A stretch of DNA of 64,000 nt from a virus (taxonomy: Duplodnaviria; Heunggongvirae; Uroviricota; Caudoviricetes): IMG/VR virus record IMGVR_UViG_3300021400_005610. One strand, given 5' to 3'. Each line of letters opens with the position of its first letter. The first letter of the stretch is position 1. A model generated the notes under the pieces. That model saw only the letters and a program-made list of their open reading frames with translations. It was not told where the DNA came from and did no database searches. A program made the translations under genes and the position numbers. Positions 40,501-46,622 of the stretch are shown piece by piece.

Positions 40501-41313
40501 AGTAATACGATTGTTCATGCTGGTCATGACTATTCGTTGCAGACGATTCCTACGTTGTCTTCCGCTTTGGACTTTGACGTTCGTAAGAATCAGCCTGATT
40601 TTATGAAGATGTTGAATAAGCGTATCGAACAGTCTACGATGTCTGAACCTGCTAAGATTGCGTATCAGCAAGCTTATGGTTATTCTGATTATGAGATTGA
40701 ACAGCTTGACCCAGATAACTATGCAGATGAGATTATGACGATTATCAATAATTATCTGCGTAAGAGGGAAGAAGCTACGAATGAGCAGGACGAGAATGAG
40801 TTCGAGATGGATTTTTCTGATGATTGGATGGGCGACGTTGAGGAGAACACGGAGCAGTTACAGGCTAATGCCGAGGCTGCTGCACAACAGTCCAATAAGG
40901 ATCAGAAGCGTTATGCTGGCAATATGCTGTCTCGTGAAGACCTCGTATCTTCAACGTCTGGTGTTAACCACTCGTTAGATAAGGATATTATCGAGAGTTA
41001 TCTTGAAGTGAAGCGTTATATGTGGAACGATACTACGAAGTTCGTTAATATGCATGGCGATTTGTATGGCTTGAATAGCGAACCGTATATCATTCGTTCG
41101 TCTACATCTGAAGATTTGGCTGAATTGCAGAAAGCCGCTGAGGATAAGGATTCTAAGGTTTATTCCGAGGGTAAGATTAACGAGAAAGATTTGAATTCTC
41201 TTGGTTCTTACGAGGTAACAGATGCGTTCTATCGTTTCTTGGTGTCGCTTGACCGTTGGGATTTTGCACAGGGTCGTTTTGATACAGAAATGGCGCGTCG
41301 TATGAATGCTTAA
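37582..41313 (+). CDS. type IV coupling protein (TraG/VirD4 family)
   Basis: Two N-terminal TM helices. Walker A AITRAGKGQT matches the T4CP APTRSGKG type, and Walker B is FMLDELGNL. GGAAGGAGG RBS precedes ATG 37582. Confidence 0.8.
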   Translation: MPKSTSNWDRLRGRNVQDTMQFRDVYEDQQLERTRIGEKQTMTSRNILNAVLTVVVFFVSYYMIGIVKAISSYLYGYDQQSHSFAYYVGHFSFTRVLICLIISAVFYGVMYLVLKHNLDVQNGTLDTSDINQYQNDQHIALPEEIQRKFDWFPDVGATSDVQFSSMISHCALSNKGLNEVEVARRVPQDIKDDDGDVVLYKGEILRDEDDNILYETKPMIDIDFMNALYDASGLPNVKGLRKFYNATMIPYNPDNKDRDKLKGYDTVADLINGDWQLPAYEPQRPGGAYLVDTAPVNTMVLAITRAGKGQTVIEPTLDMWTRERRPNNMVINDPKGELLVKFYVRSTVRGFQVVQFNLINAMKTDIYNPLGLAAEAAREGDFTKAALYVENIADVFFPVDGGDDPVWPNAANNAFKRAAYGLIDYYLEEEKELRSFAEKTRMDEKVLETKLDAMWGKVTLYNTYQLFVQLTSRKLKNPAVEFTKDAKAGKFDSMSDEEYQDKLAEVEAKSKLWEDKPEADLLTLYFNATDTLPTNSMRRLVSNANNALRSMAGAEKMLASVYGIAITAMSFFTDPTISTLTSGTPSQNADLPGLSFPRTFGIRFHSDFLAKYHLIGMQAQWMSYHDKDFTQEMGKDFYHEDTISREGWAKYYFKGKYPKDIAYVRLQIVNPQTGMLIRSFYFQFKKSYQTSLDARYYITDPILGDKIVKNGVLVELRQFKTKDGKIVYRKAKTQFKQMKIPDVLTSKRLESVNTVAIIRTQVRYSEKPKMVFLVTPPHLMKYAKLILILVKQLVDLNFDKSYMTKSNQKPLYKTRFMLDELGNLQSEGHGISGFATMLSIGLGQEQQFTLILQTLQQLRDVYGDSVDKIVQGNTSNIVFLKSTDDSMLDTLQKMSGTTHRTFKDSKTITVDKERLFMQNDPKQTVTMTTKEVPVISYNDMAFISERNSIVFRAGDSPVWNRNEMILPMSWRLFSNTIVHAGHDYSLQTIPTLSSALDFDVRKNQPDFMKMLNKRIEQSTMSEPAKIAYQQAYGYSDYEIEQLDPDNYADEIMTIINNYLRKREEATNEQDENEFEMDFSDDWMGDVEENTEQLQANAEAAAQQSNKDQKRYAGNMLSREDLVSSTSGVNHSLDKDIIESYLEVKRYMWNDTTKFVNMHGDLYGLNSEPYIIRSSTSEDLAELQKAAEDKDSKVYSEGKINEKDLNSLGSYEVTDAFYRFLVSLDRWDFAQGRFDTEMARRMNA

Positions 41314-41423
41314 TGAGAAGTCGGTGAGATTTTTATCTCACCGACTTTTTTATTGATTTTTGGTTGATAAATGAATATAATGATAATGTATTATCAATAA
41401 ATAAATAGCGAGGTGGGTTTGAA

Positions 41424-41603
41424 ATGTTTGATCGAGCGTATGTGAAAGATATTACATTTAATGAGGATAAAACGAGAGCTACGTTACATTATAGTGACGG
41501 TGATTCGTTTGATGTGAAATATGAGGACTATGCACGTGCTCTTATGACGTTGGTGAATTCCAATAAGGAAGATATCCGTCGAGATTTTGCGATTGCTTCT
41601 TAA
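41424..41603 (+). CDS. small hypothetical protein (59 aa)
   Basis: GAGGTGGG RBS. Below the ORF-track size cutoff. Confidence 0.35.
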   Translation: MFDRAYVKDITFNEDKTRATLHYSDGDSFDVKYEDYARALMTLVNSNKEDIRRDFAIAS

Positions 41604-41625
41604 TTTTTAAATAGAAGGTGCTGCC

Positions 41626-41883
41626 ATGTTGAGGGTGAAGTTGCGGAGTAAGGCTGAACGAAAATATCGGCAGAAGAAGAAACTTCTTCGAAAACAGAAA
41701 CTTAGATATAAGACTGTTGGAGAGGCGATTGATGATAATCCTGAATGTGATTATGTTGCTGTCATGACGTCGTATGAGGACGATATTTATTTAGGTCCGA
41801 TTCAGTGTATGCCGATAATAGTGAGAGATAGAACGGTAAATCATGCAGATCTTGATGGACGAACATTACTTTTGATGACATGA
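41626..41883 (+). CDS. small basic hypothetical protein
   Basis: 85 aa with a GAAGGTG RBS. Followed by the terminator at 41886-41915. Confidence 0.45.
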   Translation: MLRVKLRSKAERKYRQKKKLLRKQKLRYKTVGEAIDDNPECDYVAVMTSYEDDIYLGPIQCMPIIVRDRTVNHADLDGRTLLLMT

Positions 41884-41885
41884 AA

Positions 41886-41915
41886 AAACCGTGACATGAG
41901 TCACGGTTTTTCTTC
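41886..41915. terminator. bidirectional rho-independent terminator
   Basis: aaaaaaccgtgac atga gtcacggttttt is an A-run, hairpin, T-run arrangement that can serve the convergent + and - transcripts. Confidence 0.65.
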
Positions 41916-42152
41916 GTTTATTGGTTTGCCACATAAGCGATCTTTGCAATTTGAGCATCGTAATGCACAATTTGTGATTTCATGAAATCGTTCTGGGTGC
42001 AATGTACATGCAACTTCCCAAACGATAAGGATTACAATGGATAATGCAAGTAATGTATACGTCCATATGCCTGGAATTGCGATGAGCGGTAGAAACATCA
42101 TGGCATGGTCCCAATTGAAGATTCGACATGTGGTACAACATTTGTTGTGCAT
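41901..42152 (-). CDS. small Cys-rich membrane protein, hypothetical
   Basis: 83 aa with CCTTC and C..C..C motifs flanking a hydrophobic core. One of the only two minus-strand ORFs with a plausible context. Weak RBS. Confidence 0.3.
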   Translation of the reverse strand: MHNKCCTTCRIFNWDHAMMFLPLIAIPGIWTYTLLALSIVILIVWEVACTLHPERFHEITNCALRCSNCKDRLCGKPINEEKP

Positions 42153-42267
42153 GAAGAATGCTTTGAAAGGACACCATATGATGACGCAAATTAAATCACA
42201 GACATAAAAAGCTGTTGTGCATAAAATGACGACTTGATATGATATTGTGTGGGTGAGATAAAGAATA

Positions 42268-42477
42268 TCAATGATTGCACAGTTGCAATATCATATCTAT
42301 CATCCATATACCCCATAGAATGTGCAGGGGTGAAAATTTGGTTATGAAATTGAAACCCGTAGCTACATCAAAGTCATTTTTGCGGAAGATGTATAGTAAT
42401 ATCATGCTTATAAAAATGAGGCTTCGAAAGATGAGCCGACGGATATAAAGGGTTCGAAATCTTGATTTGGTACTCAT
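42268..42477 (-). CDS. small membrane protein, hypothetical
   Basis: 69 aa. A GAGG RBS and a TTGAAA-17-TGcTACAAT promoter lie on the minus strand at 42480-42530. Confidence 0.35.
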   Translation of the reverse strand: MSTKSRFRTLYIRRLIFRSLIFISMILLYIFRKNDFDVATGFNFITKFSPLHILWGIWMIDMILQLCNH

Positions 42478-42563
42478 TAGATTCGCCTCATTTATGTGAA
42501 ATTTCTTTTATCATTGTAGCATAAAAAAGTTCGTATTTCAATGAATTTTTTTTATTAAACCTG

Positions 42564-42592
42564 TTGACAATGCTTTGGGGAAAGAGTATAAT
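42564..42592 (+). promoter_or_regulatory. sigma70-like promoter (TTGACA-17-TATAAT) driving the leader of the tRNA array
   Basis: Consensus hexamers at 42564-42569 and 42587-42592. Divergent from the minus-strand promoter described above. Confidence 0.65.
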
Positions 42593-42668
42593 ACGGATAG
42601 GTGGTATGGAATAGCGGTTTCGTCTGATATATCCGTCCTCACTAAATTCAAAGAAGGAGAGCAAAACG

Positions 42669-42839
42669 ATGATTACACGTATTTCTGTTATAAGAAATCA
42701 TAAGTCATTTGAGGCGTACCTTGGTATGCCTGGTTTTGCATGCCCGAATTTAGAAGGACAGGATACACTGGCCAACTTGTATAAAGATGGAAAGTTTAAT
42801 AGGACACACAGGAACCGCAGCGTTGTAAGGCTGACGTAA
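42669..42839 (+). CDS. small ORF (56 aa) in tRNA-array leader transcript
   Basis: Strong RBS AGAAGGAGAG 7 nt upstream of the ATG. The protein is MITRISVIRNHKSFEAYLGMPGFACPNLEGQDT... Confidence 0.4.
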   Translation: MITRISVIRNHKSFEAYLGMPGFACPNLEGQDTLANLYKDGKFNRTHRNRSVVRLT

Positions 42840-42879
42840 GTCACCTGAAGCCCATGCACCTTTTCACATAAGGACCGAA

Positions 42880-42950
42880 GTATGGAAAGGAAATATGGGT
42901 AGAGCATATGGAACCGACATATGGAAACGACATGTGGAATTGAATCGCCT
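42880..42950 (+). repeat. short direct repeats (c)atatggaa x4-5 at ~15 bp spacing
   Basis: agtATGGAAagg aaATATGGGtag agcATATGGAAccgac ATATGGAAacgac ATGTGGAAttgaa, immediately upstream of the terminator. Confidence 0.45.
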
Positions 42951-42952
42951 GT

Positions 42953-42998
42953 GTGAGGAAACTCGAAAGAGACCAAAGCACAGGCGATTTTTATTTCA
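42953..42998 (+). terminator. rho-independent terminator
   Basis: cgcctgtg ...25 nt loop... cacaggcg followed by atttttattt. Confidence 0.6.
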
Positions 42999-43006
42999 TT
43001 GAATAT

Positions 43007-43081
43007 TGGTTCGTAGCTCAATGGCAGAGCAATCGGCTGTTAACCGATAGGTTGGGGGTTCGAGTCCCCCCGTTCCAGCCA
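43007..43081 (+). tRNA. tRNA-Asn (GTT)
   Basis: Cloverleaf with D-stem gctc/gagc and anticodon loop ctGTTaa. T-arm ggggg-ttcgagt-ccccc and an encoded CCA. The acceptor stem has two central U-U mismatches. Confidence 0.5.
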
Positions 43082-43101
43082 TGGTTCATAGGAGGTACGA
43101 T

Positions 43102-43368
43102 ATGAAATTACGACATGTGTGCGAAGTCTGTGGGAAAGAGGAAGTATTGACTCCTGATGAAGCATTTGAAAAAGGATGGGATTATCCTCCGAGAATGGGG
43201 ATGTTTGGAGTGTTATCGCCAAGAACCTGTGGTGATTGTGCGATGGTCGATACGATCTGGTGGAAATTGATGTATCAGAATGTGAAATCTGAAGATTTAT
43301 CTGATAAAGATAAGTTGACTTTGTCTCGTATCTTGAATGAACCAGCAAGTATTTTAGTTGATGAGTGA
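43102..43368 (+). CDS. Zn-ribbon protein (CxxC...CxxC), hypothetical
   Basis: AGGAGG RBS precedes ATG 43102. Contains CEVCGK...CGDC. Confidence 0.5.
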   Translation: MKLRHVCEVCGKEEVLTPDEAFEKGWDYPPRMGMFGVLSPRTCGDCAMVDTIWWKLMYQNVKSEDLSDKDKLTLSRILNEPASILVDE

Positions 43369-43376
43369 ATGGGTAT

Positions 43377-43453
43377 GGACTGGAAGCTAACTCGGTAGAA
43401 GCGCTTGGTTGAAGCCCAAGAGGAGCGGGTTCGACTCCTTGCCTAGTCCACCA
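43377..43453 (+). tRNA. aberrant tRNA-like element (Phe-like GAA anticodon arm), possible pseudo-tRNA
   Basis: Ends in CCA. The anticodon arm is cttgg-ttGAAgc-ccaag. The T-like arm aggag-cgggttcga-ctcct has a 9-nt loop. The acceptor ggactgg/cc(t)agtcc needs a 1-nt bulge and there is no variable loop. Confidence 0.3.
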
Positions 43454-43467
43454 TAGTTTGAAAGGAG

Positions 43468-43977
43468 ATGTTTAATTTGGGCGAAATGTTTATGAGGCCA
43501 AATGGTCAAGCAGTATTGCTGCAGGACATTGCGAAAATCGCAGCGGAATATATGGCGCGTAGTCCTATGTCACATTATGAGGTGACGGTAGGTACCGATA
43601 GCCAGAATTTCGATAAGACAAAGATGGTTGAGGTTATCGCATTACACCGTGTTGGTAGCGGTGGCATCTTCTTCTATCGTGTGAACTATGTGCGTCGTAT
43701 TGATAATCTGCGTCAGAAGATTCAAGAAGAAACGCAACGTAGTTTGTCCGTGGCGGACGGTTTGTTTAGTGAGATTGAAACGCAGTTAACTCACTTTGGT
43801 GTGGACATCAATGATATGGATATTCATTTCCAGATTCATTGCGACGTCGGCTACAACGGAAGCACGAAGGCTCTGATCCAAGAAATTGTTGGATGGGTTC
43901 AAGCAATGGGCTATGATTGTGCAATTAAGCCAAACAGCTATGCTGCAAGCGGAATTGCCAATAAATATAGCAAATAA
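43468..43977 (+). CDS. DUF458/YkuK-like RNase-H-fold protein (tentative)
   Basis: AAAGGAG RBS. TVGTDSQNF...MVEVIALHRVGSGGIFFY resembles the YkuK family. The family assignment is from memory and not verified. Confidence 0.45.
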   Translation: MFNLGEMFMRPNGQAVLLQDIAKIAAEYMARSPMSHYEVTVGTDSQNFDKTKMVEVIALHRVGSGGIFFYRVNYVRRIDNLRQKIQEETQRSLSVADGLFSEIETQLTHFGVDINDMDIHFQIHCDVGYNGSTKALIQEIVGWVQAMGYDCAIKPNSYAASGIANKYSK

Positions 43978-43981
43978 AAGG

Positions 43982-44014
43982 TTTCGGAGCGGAGATTTCG
44001 CTCCCGTTCCGAAA
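43982..44014 (+). terminator. stem-loop terminator
   Basis: tttcggagcgg agattt cgctcccg ttccgaaa is a nested inverted repeat. Confidence 0.45.
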
Positions 44015-44020
44015 TCATAT

Positions 44021-44098
44021 GTTGGCGGTAGCTCAATTGGTGAGAGCATCGGGTTGTGGCCCCGAAGGTTGCGAGTTCGAGTCTCGTCCGTCACCCCA
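44021..44098 (+). tRNA. tRNA-His (GTG)
   Basis: Anticodon loop ttGTGgc. An extra 5' G(-1) pairs with discriminator C, the His hallmark. T-arm gcgag-ttcgagt-ctcgt and an encoded CCA. Confidence 0.75.
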
Positions 44099-44136
44099 TG
44101 ATGGCGTAAGTCATCAAAAGAAAGGACTTTATTGGA

Positions 44137-44733
44137 ATGTTTTCAGAGAAAAATAGAAAGTTGGTCGAAGCATACCAGAATGGGTATCATCCGACAGGAC
44201 AAAATTATGAATATTATGTTGCTTGTGAATTTGAAGCATTGGGCTATAAGACCTATGTTACTCGTGCAACAGGGGATTTTGGTACGGATGTGATTGTGGA
44301 GATCAATCGCTATTTTAAGATCATTTTTCAATGTAAGTATTATAGTTCAAAGATTGGAAATCATGCTGTACAGGAGATATGTGCAGCAAAAGAGTATTAC
44401 AAGGCACAATTGTGTGTTGTAATTACAAATAACACATATACAGAAGCAGCTATGCAACTTGCTGAAGCAAATCATATACTTTTGATTCAAAATTTTGACG
44501 TAGGCGATAATATTGAGTCGGTATGTGAAGTGTTAGGGTTAATCCCTGAAAAGTACGTTACGTTAAACAAATTGAAGCTAAATGATGCATCTGCGGAGCG
44601 AGATTATCTTGTGAAACAAGTGCATGCTTTGGAAGAGGAGTTATTTGATTATCGAGTGGATCCGTGGTGGAATCCTGTTTCGATGTGGGATGACGAACCT
44701 GAGATTGAAGAGTCTGATGAAAATAGTGGTTAA
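44137..44733 (+). CDS. Mrr-cat (restriction endonuclease-like) domain protein
   Basis: GDFGTDVIVE...FQCKYY is the D-(E/Q)xK PD-(D/E)xK-like core typical of the Mrr N-terminal catalytic domain. Confidence 0.55.
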   Translation: MFSEKNRKLVEAYQNGYHPTGQNYEYYVACEFEALGYKTYVTRATGDFGTDVIVEINRYFKIIFQCKYYSSKIGNHAVQEICAAKEYYKAQLCVVITNNTYTEAAMQLAEANHILLIQNFDVGDNIESVCEVLGLIPEKYVTLNKLKLNDASAERDYLVKQVHALEEELFDYRVDPWWNPVSMWDDEPEIEESDENSG

Positions 44734-44734
44734 T

Positions 44735-44809
44735 GCGTGTGTCGTCTAACGGTGAGGATATCAGCCTTCCAAGCTGAGGGTACGGGTTCAATTCCCGTTA
44801 CACGCTCCA
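44735..44809 (+). tRNA. tRNA-Gly (TCC)
   Basis: Acceptor gcgtgtg/tacacgc, anticodon loop ctTCCaa, T-arm acggg-ttcaatt-cccgt, CCA. Confidence 0.8.
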
Positions 44810-44810
44810 T

Positions 44811-44886
44811 GGCAGAGTTAAGGAAGTGGTTGCCTTGCAGGTCTCATAAACCTGATATACGGGTTCGAATCCCGTCTCTGCTACCA
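44811..44886 (+). tRNA. tRNA-Met (CAT) elongator (or Ile-lysidine)
   Basis: Anticodon loop ctCATaa, T-arm acggg-ttcgaat-cccgt, CCA. Confidence 0.75.
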
Positions 44887-44889
44887 TAT

Positions 44890-44965
44890 GCTCTTGTAGC
44901 GCAACAGGTAGCGCGGCTGATTTGTAATCAGTAGGTTGCAGGTTCGATTCCTGTCGGGAGCTCCA
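44890..44965 (+). tRNA. tRNA-Thr (TGT)
   Basis: D-arm gcgc-aacaggta-gcgc, anticodon loop ttTGTaa, T-arm gcagg-ttcgatt-cctgt, CCA. Confidence 0.8.
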
Positions 44966-45053
44966 GCTGTTGTGGCGGAATGGAAGACGCGATAGGCTCA
45001 AACCCTATTGTCATGGAAATGGCGTGTGAGTTCAAATCTCACCAACAGTACCA
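44966..45053 (+). tRNA. tRNA-Leu (CAA), type II
   Basis: Long variable arm. Anticodon arm atagg-ctCAAac-cctat, T-arm gtgag-ttcaaat-ctcac, CCA. Confidence 0.75.
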
Positions 45054-45141
45054 GCCGATGTGGTGGAATCTGGTAGACACCCCAGACTTAAAATCTGGTG
45101 TTCGTATGAGCGTACGGGTTCGAGTCCCGTCATCGGTACCA
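45054..45141 (+). tRNA. tRNA-Leu (TAA), type II
   Basis: Anticodon arm ccaga-ctTAAaa-tctgg, long variable arm, T-arm cggg-ttcgagt-cccg, CCA. Confidence 0.75.
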
Positions 45142-45162
45142 CGAACATTAGAGAAAGGATGT

Positions 45163-45305
45163 ATGAAAAGATGTGCAAGCAGCTATCTATGGATGATATA
45201 GGATATTTTCTCTATATGCAGTCGCAAGAAGAGAAAGATGAAGATTTAGAAAATACAGAAGATGAAACATGCATCAGTGACGGAATGGAAGACGTGACAG
45301 GCTAA
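45163..45305 (+). CDS. small acidic ORF (47 aa), doubtful
   Basis: GAAAGGA RBS plus an ATG between two tRNAs. The longer track ORF 45060-45305 overlaps a tRNA and is rejected. Confidence 0.25.
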
Positions 45306-45358
45306 GAACCTGTTGTCCTTAACGGGGCGTGTGAGTTCGAATCTCACCTGATGTACCA
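45271..45358 (+). tRNA. tRNA-Leu with apparent AAG anticodon, type II
   Basis: Same architecture as the Leu(CAA) gene. The anticodon arm acagg-ctAAGaa-cctgt reads AAG at 34-36, which is unusual for bacteria. T-arm gtgag-ttcgaat-ctcac, CCA. Confidence 0.6.
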
Positions 45359-45444
45359 GGGTCGGTGAGCGGAATTGGTAACGCAGCGGGCTGTAACCCC
45401 GTGGCCTTTTGGCATTCCTGGTTCAAGTCCAGGTCGACTCACCA
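45359..45444 (+). tRNA. tRNA-Tyr (GTA), type II
   Basis: Acceptor gggtcgg/tcgactc with two G-U pairs. Anticodon loop ctGTAac, long variable arm, T-arm cctgg-ttcaagt-ccagg, CCA. Confidence 0.75.
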
Positions 45445-45450
45445 ATATTT

Positions 45451-45538
45451 GCACGAATGGCGGAACGGAAGACGCGCTGGTTTCAGAGGCCAGTGTCACG
45501 AAAGTGGCGTGAGAGTTCAAATCTCTCTTTGTGCACCA
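45451..45538 (+). tRNA. tRNA-Leu (CAG), type II
   Basis: Anticodon arm ctggt-ttCAGag-gccag, long variable arm, T-arm gagag-ttcaaat-ctctc, CCA. Confidence 0.75.
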
Positions 45539-45630
45539 GGGTTGGTGTGGCGAATTGGTGAAGCCAGCGGACTGTAAATCCGTCACCCACAGGGTAAACA
45601 TTGGAGGTCCGAGTCCTCCCCAGCCCACCA
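45539..45630 (+). tRNA. tRNA-Tyr (GTA) second copy, type II
   Basis: Acceptor gggttgg/ccagccc, anticodon loop ctGTAaa, long variable arm with a ccc-aca-ggg hairpin, T-arm ggagg-tccgagt-cctcc, CCA. Confidence 0.7.
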
Positions 45631-45633
45631 TAT

Positions 45634-45710
45634 GGCTCTGAGGGAAAACAGGTTGATCCGCCTGCCTGTCACGCAGGAGATAGCGGGTTCGAGCCCCGCC
45701 AGAGTCGCCA
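45634..45710 (+). tRNA. tRNA-Asp (GTC)
   Basis: Acceptor ggctctg/cagagtc, anticodon arm cctgc-ctGTCac-gcagg, T-arm gcggg-ttcgagc-cccgc, CCA. Confidence 0.75.
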
Positions 45711-45711
45711 T

Positions 45712-45802
45712 GACTGTGTGGTGTAATGGAAGTCGACTTAAATATATAGCACACCAAGTGGTCTCTTAGGAGGTTCAGGTTCGATTCCTGACACAGTCGC
45801 CA
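45712..45802 (+). tRNA. aberrant ~91 nt tRNA-like element (acceptor and T-arm intact, no canonical anticodon arm found)
   Basis: Acceptor gactgtg/cacagtc, T-arm tcagg-ttcgatt-cctga and CCA are all clean. The internal ~60 nt contains a ggtgt...acacc helix and I could not locate a 5-7-5 anticodon stem-loop. Confidence 0.3.
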
Positions 45803-45862
45803 AGTCCATAGGGCAATAGCAGAGGTATCGTGACAATCACTATTGCCGACGATCTATGGACT
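45803..45862 (+). ncRNA. 60-nt perfect extended hairpin (not a tRNA)
   Basis: agtccatag-ggcaatag ... ctattgcc-gacgat-ctatggact forms 9 bp + 8 bp helices around a 20 nt loop, wedged between two tRNAs. Confidence 0.35.
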
Positions 45863-45867
45863 AATCT

Positions 45868-45943
45868 GGGGTTGTAGCTCAACTGGGAGAGCGCCTGCCT
45901 TGCAAGCAGGAGGTAGAGGGTTCGACACCCTTCAGCTCCACCA
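45868..45943 (+). tRNA. tRNA-Ala (TGC)
   Basis: A G3-U70 pair (Ala identity) is present. Anticodon arm cctgc-ctTGCaa-gcagg, T-arm gaggg-ttcgaca-ccctt, CCA. Confidence 0.85.
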
Positions 45944-46032
45944 GGTTAGGAAAGCCGTTAAGAAACGAGATATCTGTTTCGATGTTACTGATATGGACGG
46001 ACAAGTGAGTTGTGATGGTTCGGCTCACATAT

Positions 46033-46108
46033 GGATTGATAGCTCAGATGGTAGAGCAGGGGACTGAAAATCCCCGTGTCGCTGGTTCAATTCCAGCTCA
46101 ATCCACCA
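46033..46108 (+). tRNA. tRNA-Phe (GAA)
   Basis: Acceptor ggattga/tcaatcc, D-arm gctc-agatggta-gagc, anticodon arm gggga-ctGAAaa-tcccc, T-arm gctgg-ttcaatt-ccagc, CCA. Confidence 0.85.
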
Positions 46109-46185
46109 GGACCGTTAGGTCAATTGGTTAGACCACTCGGCTCATAACCGAATAGTTCTGGGTTCGAGTCCCAGGCGGTCCACCA
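46109..46185 (+). tRNA. tRNA-Met (CAT) second copy (elongator, or Ile2-lysidine)
   Basis: Anticodon loop ctCATaa. It lacks the initiator GGG/CCC anticodon-stem signature. T-arm ctggg-ttcgagt-cccag, CCA. Confidence 0.7.
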
Positions 46186-46190
46186 TCGAT

Positions 46191-46267
46191 GTCCCATTAG
46201 CTCAGTGGACAAGAGTAGTACTCTCCTAAAGTACAAGTCGATGGTTCGAATCCATCATGGGACGCCA
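46191..46267 (+). tRNA. tRNA-Arg (CCT)
   Basis: Acceptor gtcccat/atgggac, anticodon arm gtact-ctCCTaa-agtac, T-arm gatgg-ttcgaat-ccatc, CCA. Confidence 0.8.
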
Positions 46268-46276
46268 AATAAATAT

Positions 46277-46354
46277 GGTGCCATAGTCGAACTGGTTGAA
46301 GACACTGGCCTTTCAAGCCAGAGAGTCGGGGTTCAAGTCCCCGTGGCATCACCA
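46277..46354 (+). tRNA. tRNA-Glu (TTC)
   Basis: Acceptor ggtgcca/tggcatc, anticodon arm ctggc-ctTTCaa-gccag, T-arm cgggg-ttcaagt-ccccg, CCA. Confidence 0.8.
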
Positions 46355-46357
46355 TAT

Positions 46358-46433
46358 GCGGTAGTAGCGCAATTGGTAGCGCACCACCTTGCCAAGGTGG
46401 ATGTTGCGGGTTCAAGCCCCGTCTACCGCTCCA
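46358..46433 (+). tRNA. tRNA-Gly (GCC)
   Basis: Acceptor gcggtag/ctaccgc, anticodon arm ccacc-ttGCCaa-ggtgg, T-arm gcggg-ttcaagc-cccgt, CCA. Confidence 0.85.
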
Positions 46434-46511
46434 GGTCCCTTCTTCTAATTGGTTTAGGAAGTTGGCCTCTCAAGCCAAAAATGCTGAGTTCGAGTCTCGC
46501 AGGGATCACCA
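46434..46511 (+). tRNA. tRNA-Glu (CTC)
   Basis: Acceptor ggtccct/agggatc, anticodon arm ttggc-ctCTCaa-gccaa. The T-arm has one mismatch. CCA. A C34 Glu isoacceptor is uncommon in low-GC bacteria. Confidence 0.65.
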
Positions 46512-46588
46512 GTGCCCGTAACTCAATGGAATAGAGTAACGGTCTTCTAAACCGTAAGTTATGGGTTCGAATCCCATCGGGCATGCCA
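46512..46588 (+). tRNA. tRNA-Arg (TCT)
   Basis: Anticodon arm acggt-ctTCTaa-accgt, T-arm atggg-ttcgaat-cccat, CCA. Confidence 0.8.
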
Positions 46589-46622
46589 TGGGTTTGTATA
46601 AATCAAAGAAAGGATGTGAAAA

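Noticed and set aside
45803-45862. Considered as a tRNA
   Set aside because: It is a simple extended hairpin with no acceptor, T-arm or CCA. It is kept only as a structural element.
45944-46032. Possible degenerate tRNA remnant between tRNA-Ala and tRNA-Phe (contains gatggttcggctcac)
   Set aside because: Only a T-loop-like fragment and a short hairpin are present. No acceptor or anticodon arm could be built.
44737-46534. Track ORFs 44737-44934(+), 44798-45001(-), 45060-45305(+), 45344-45757(-), 45843-46067(+), 46197-46415(-), 46205-46534(+)
   Set aside because: Each overlaps one or more well-formed tRNA genes. The reading frames are by-products of the GC-rich structured tRNA sequence.
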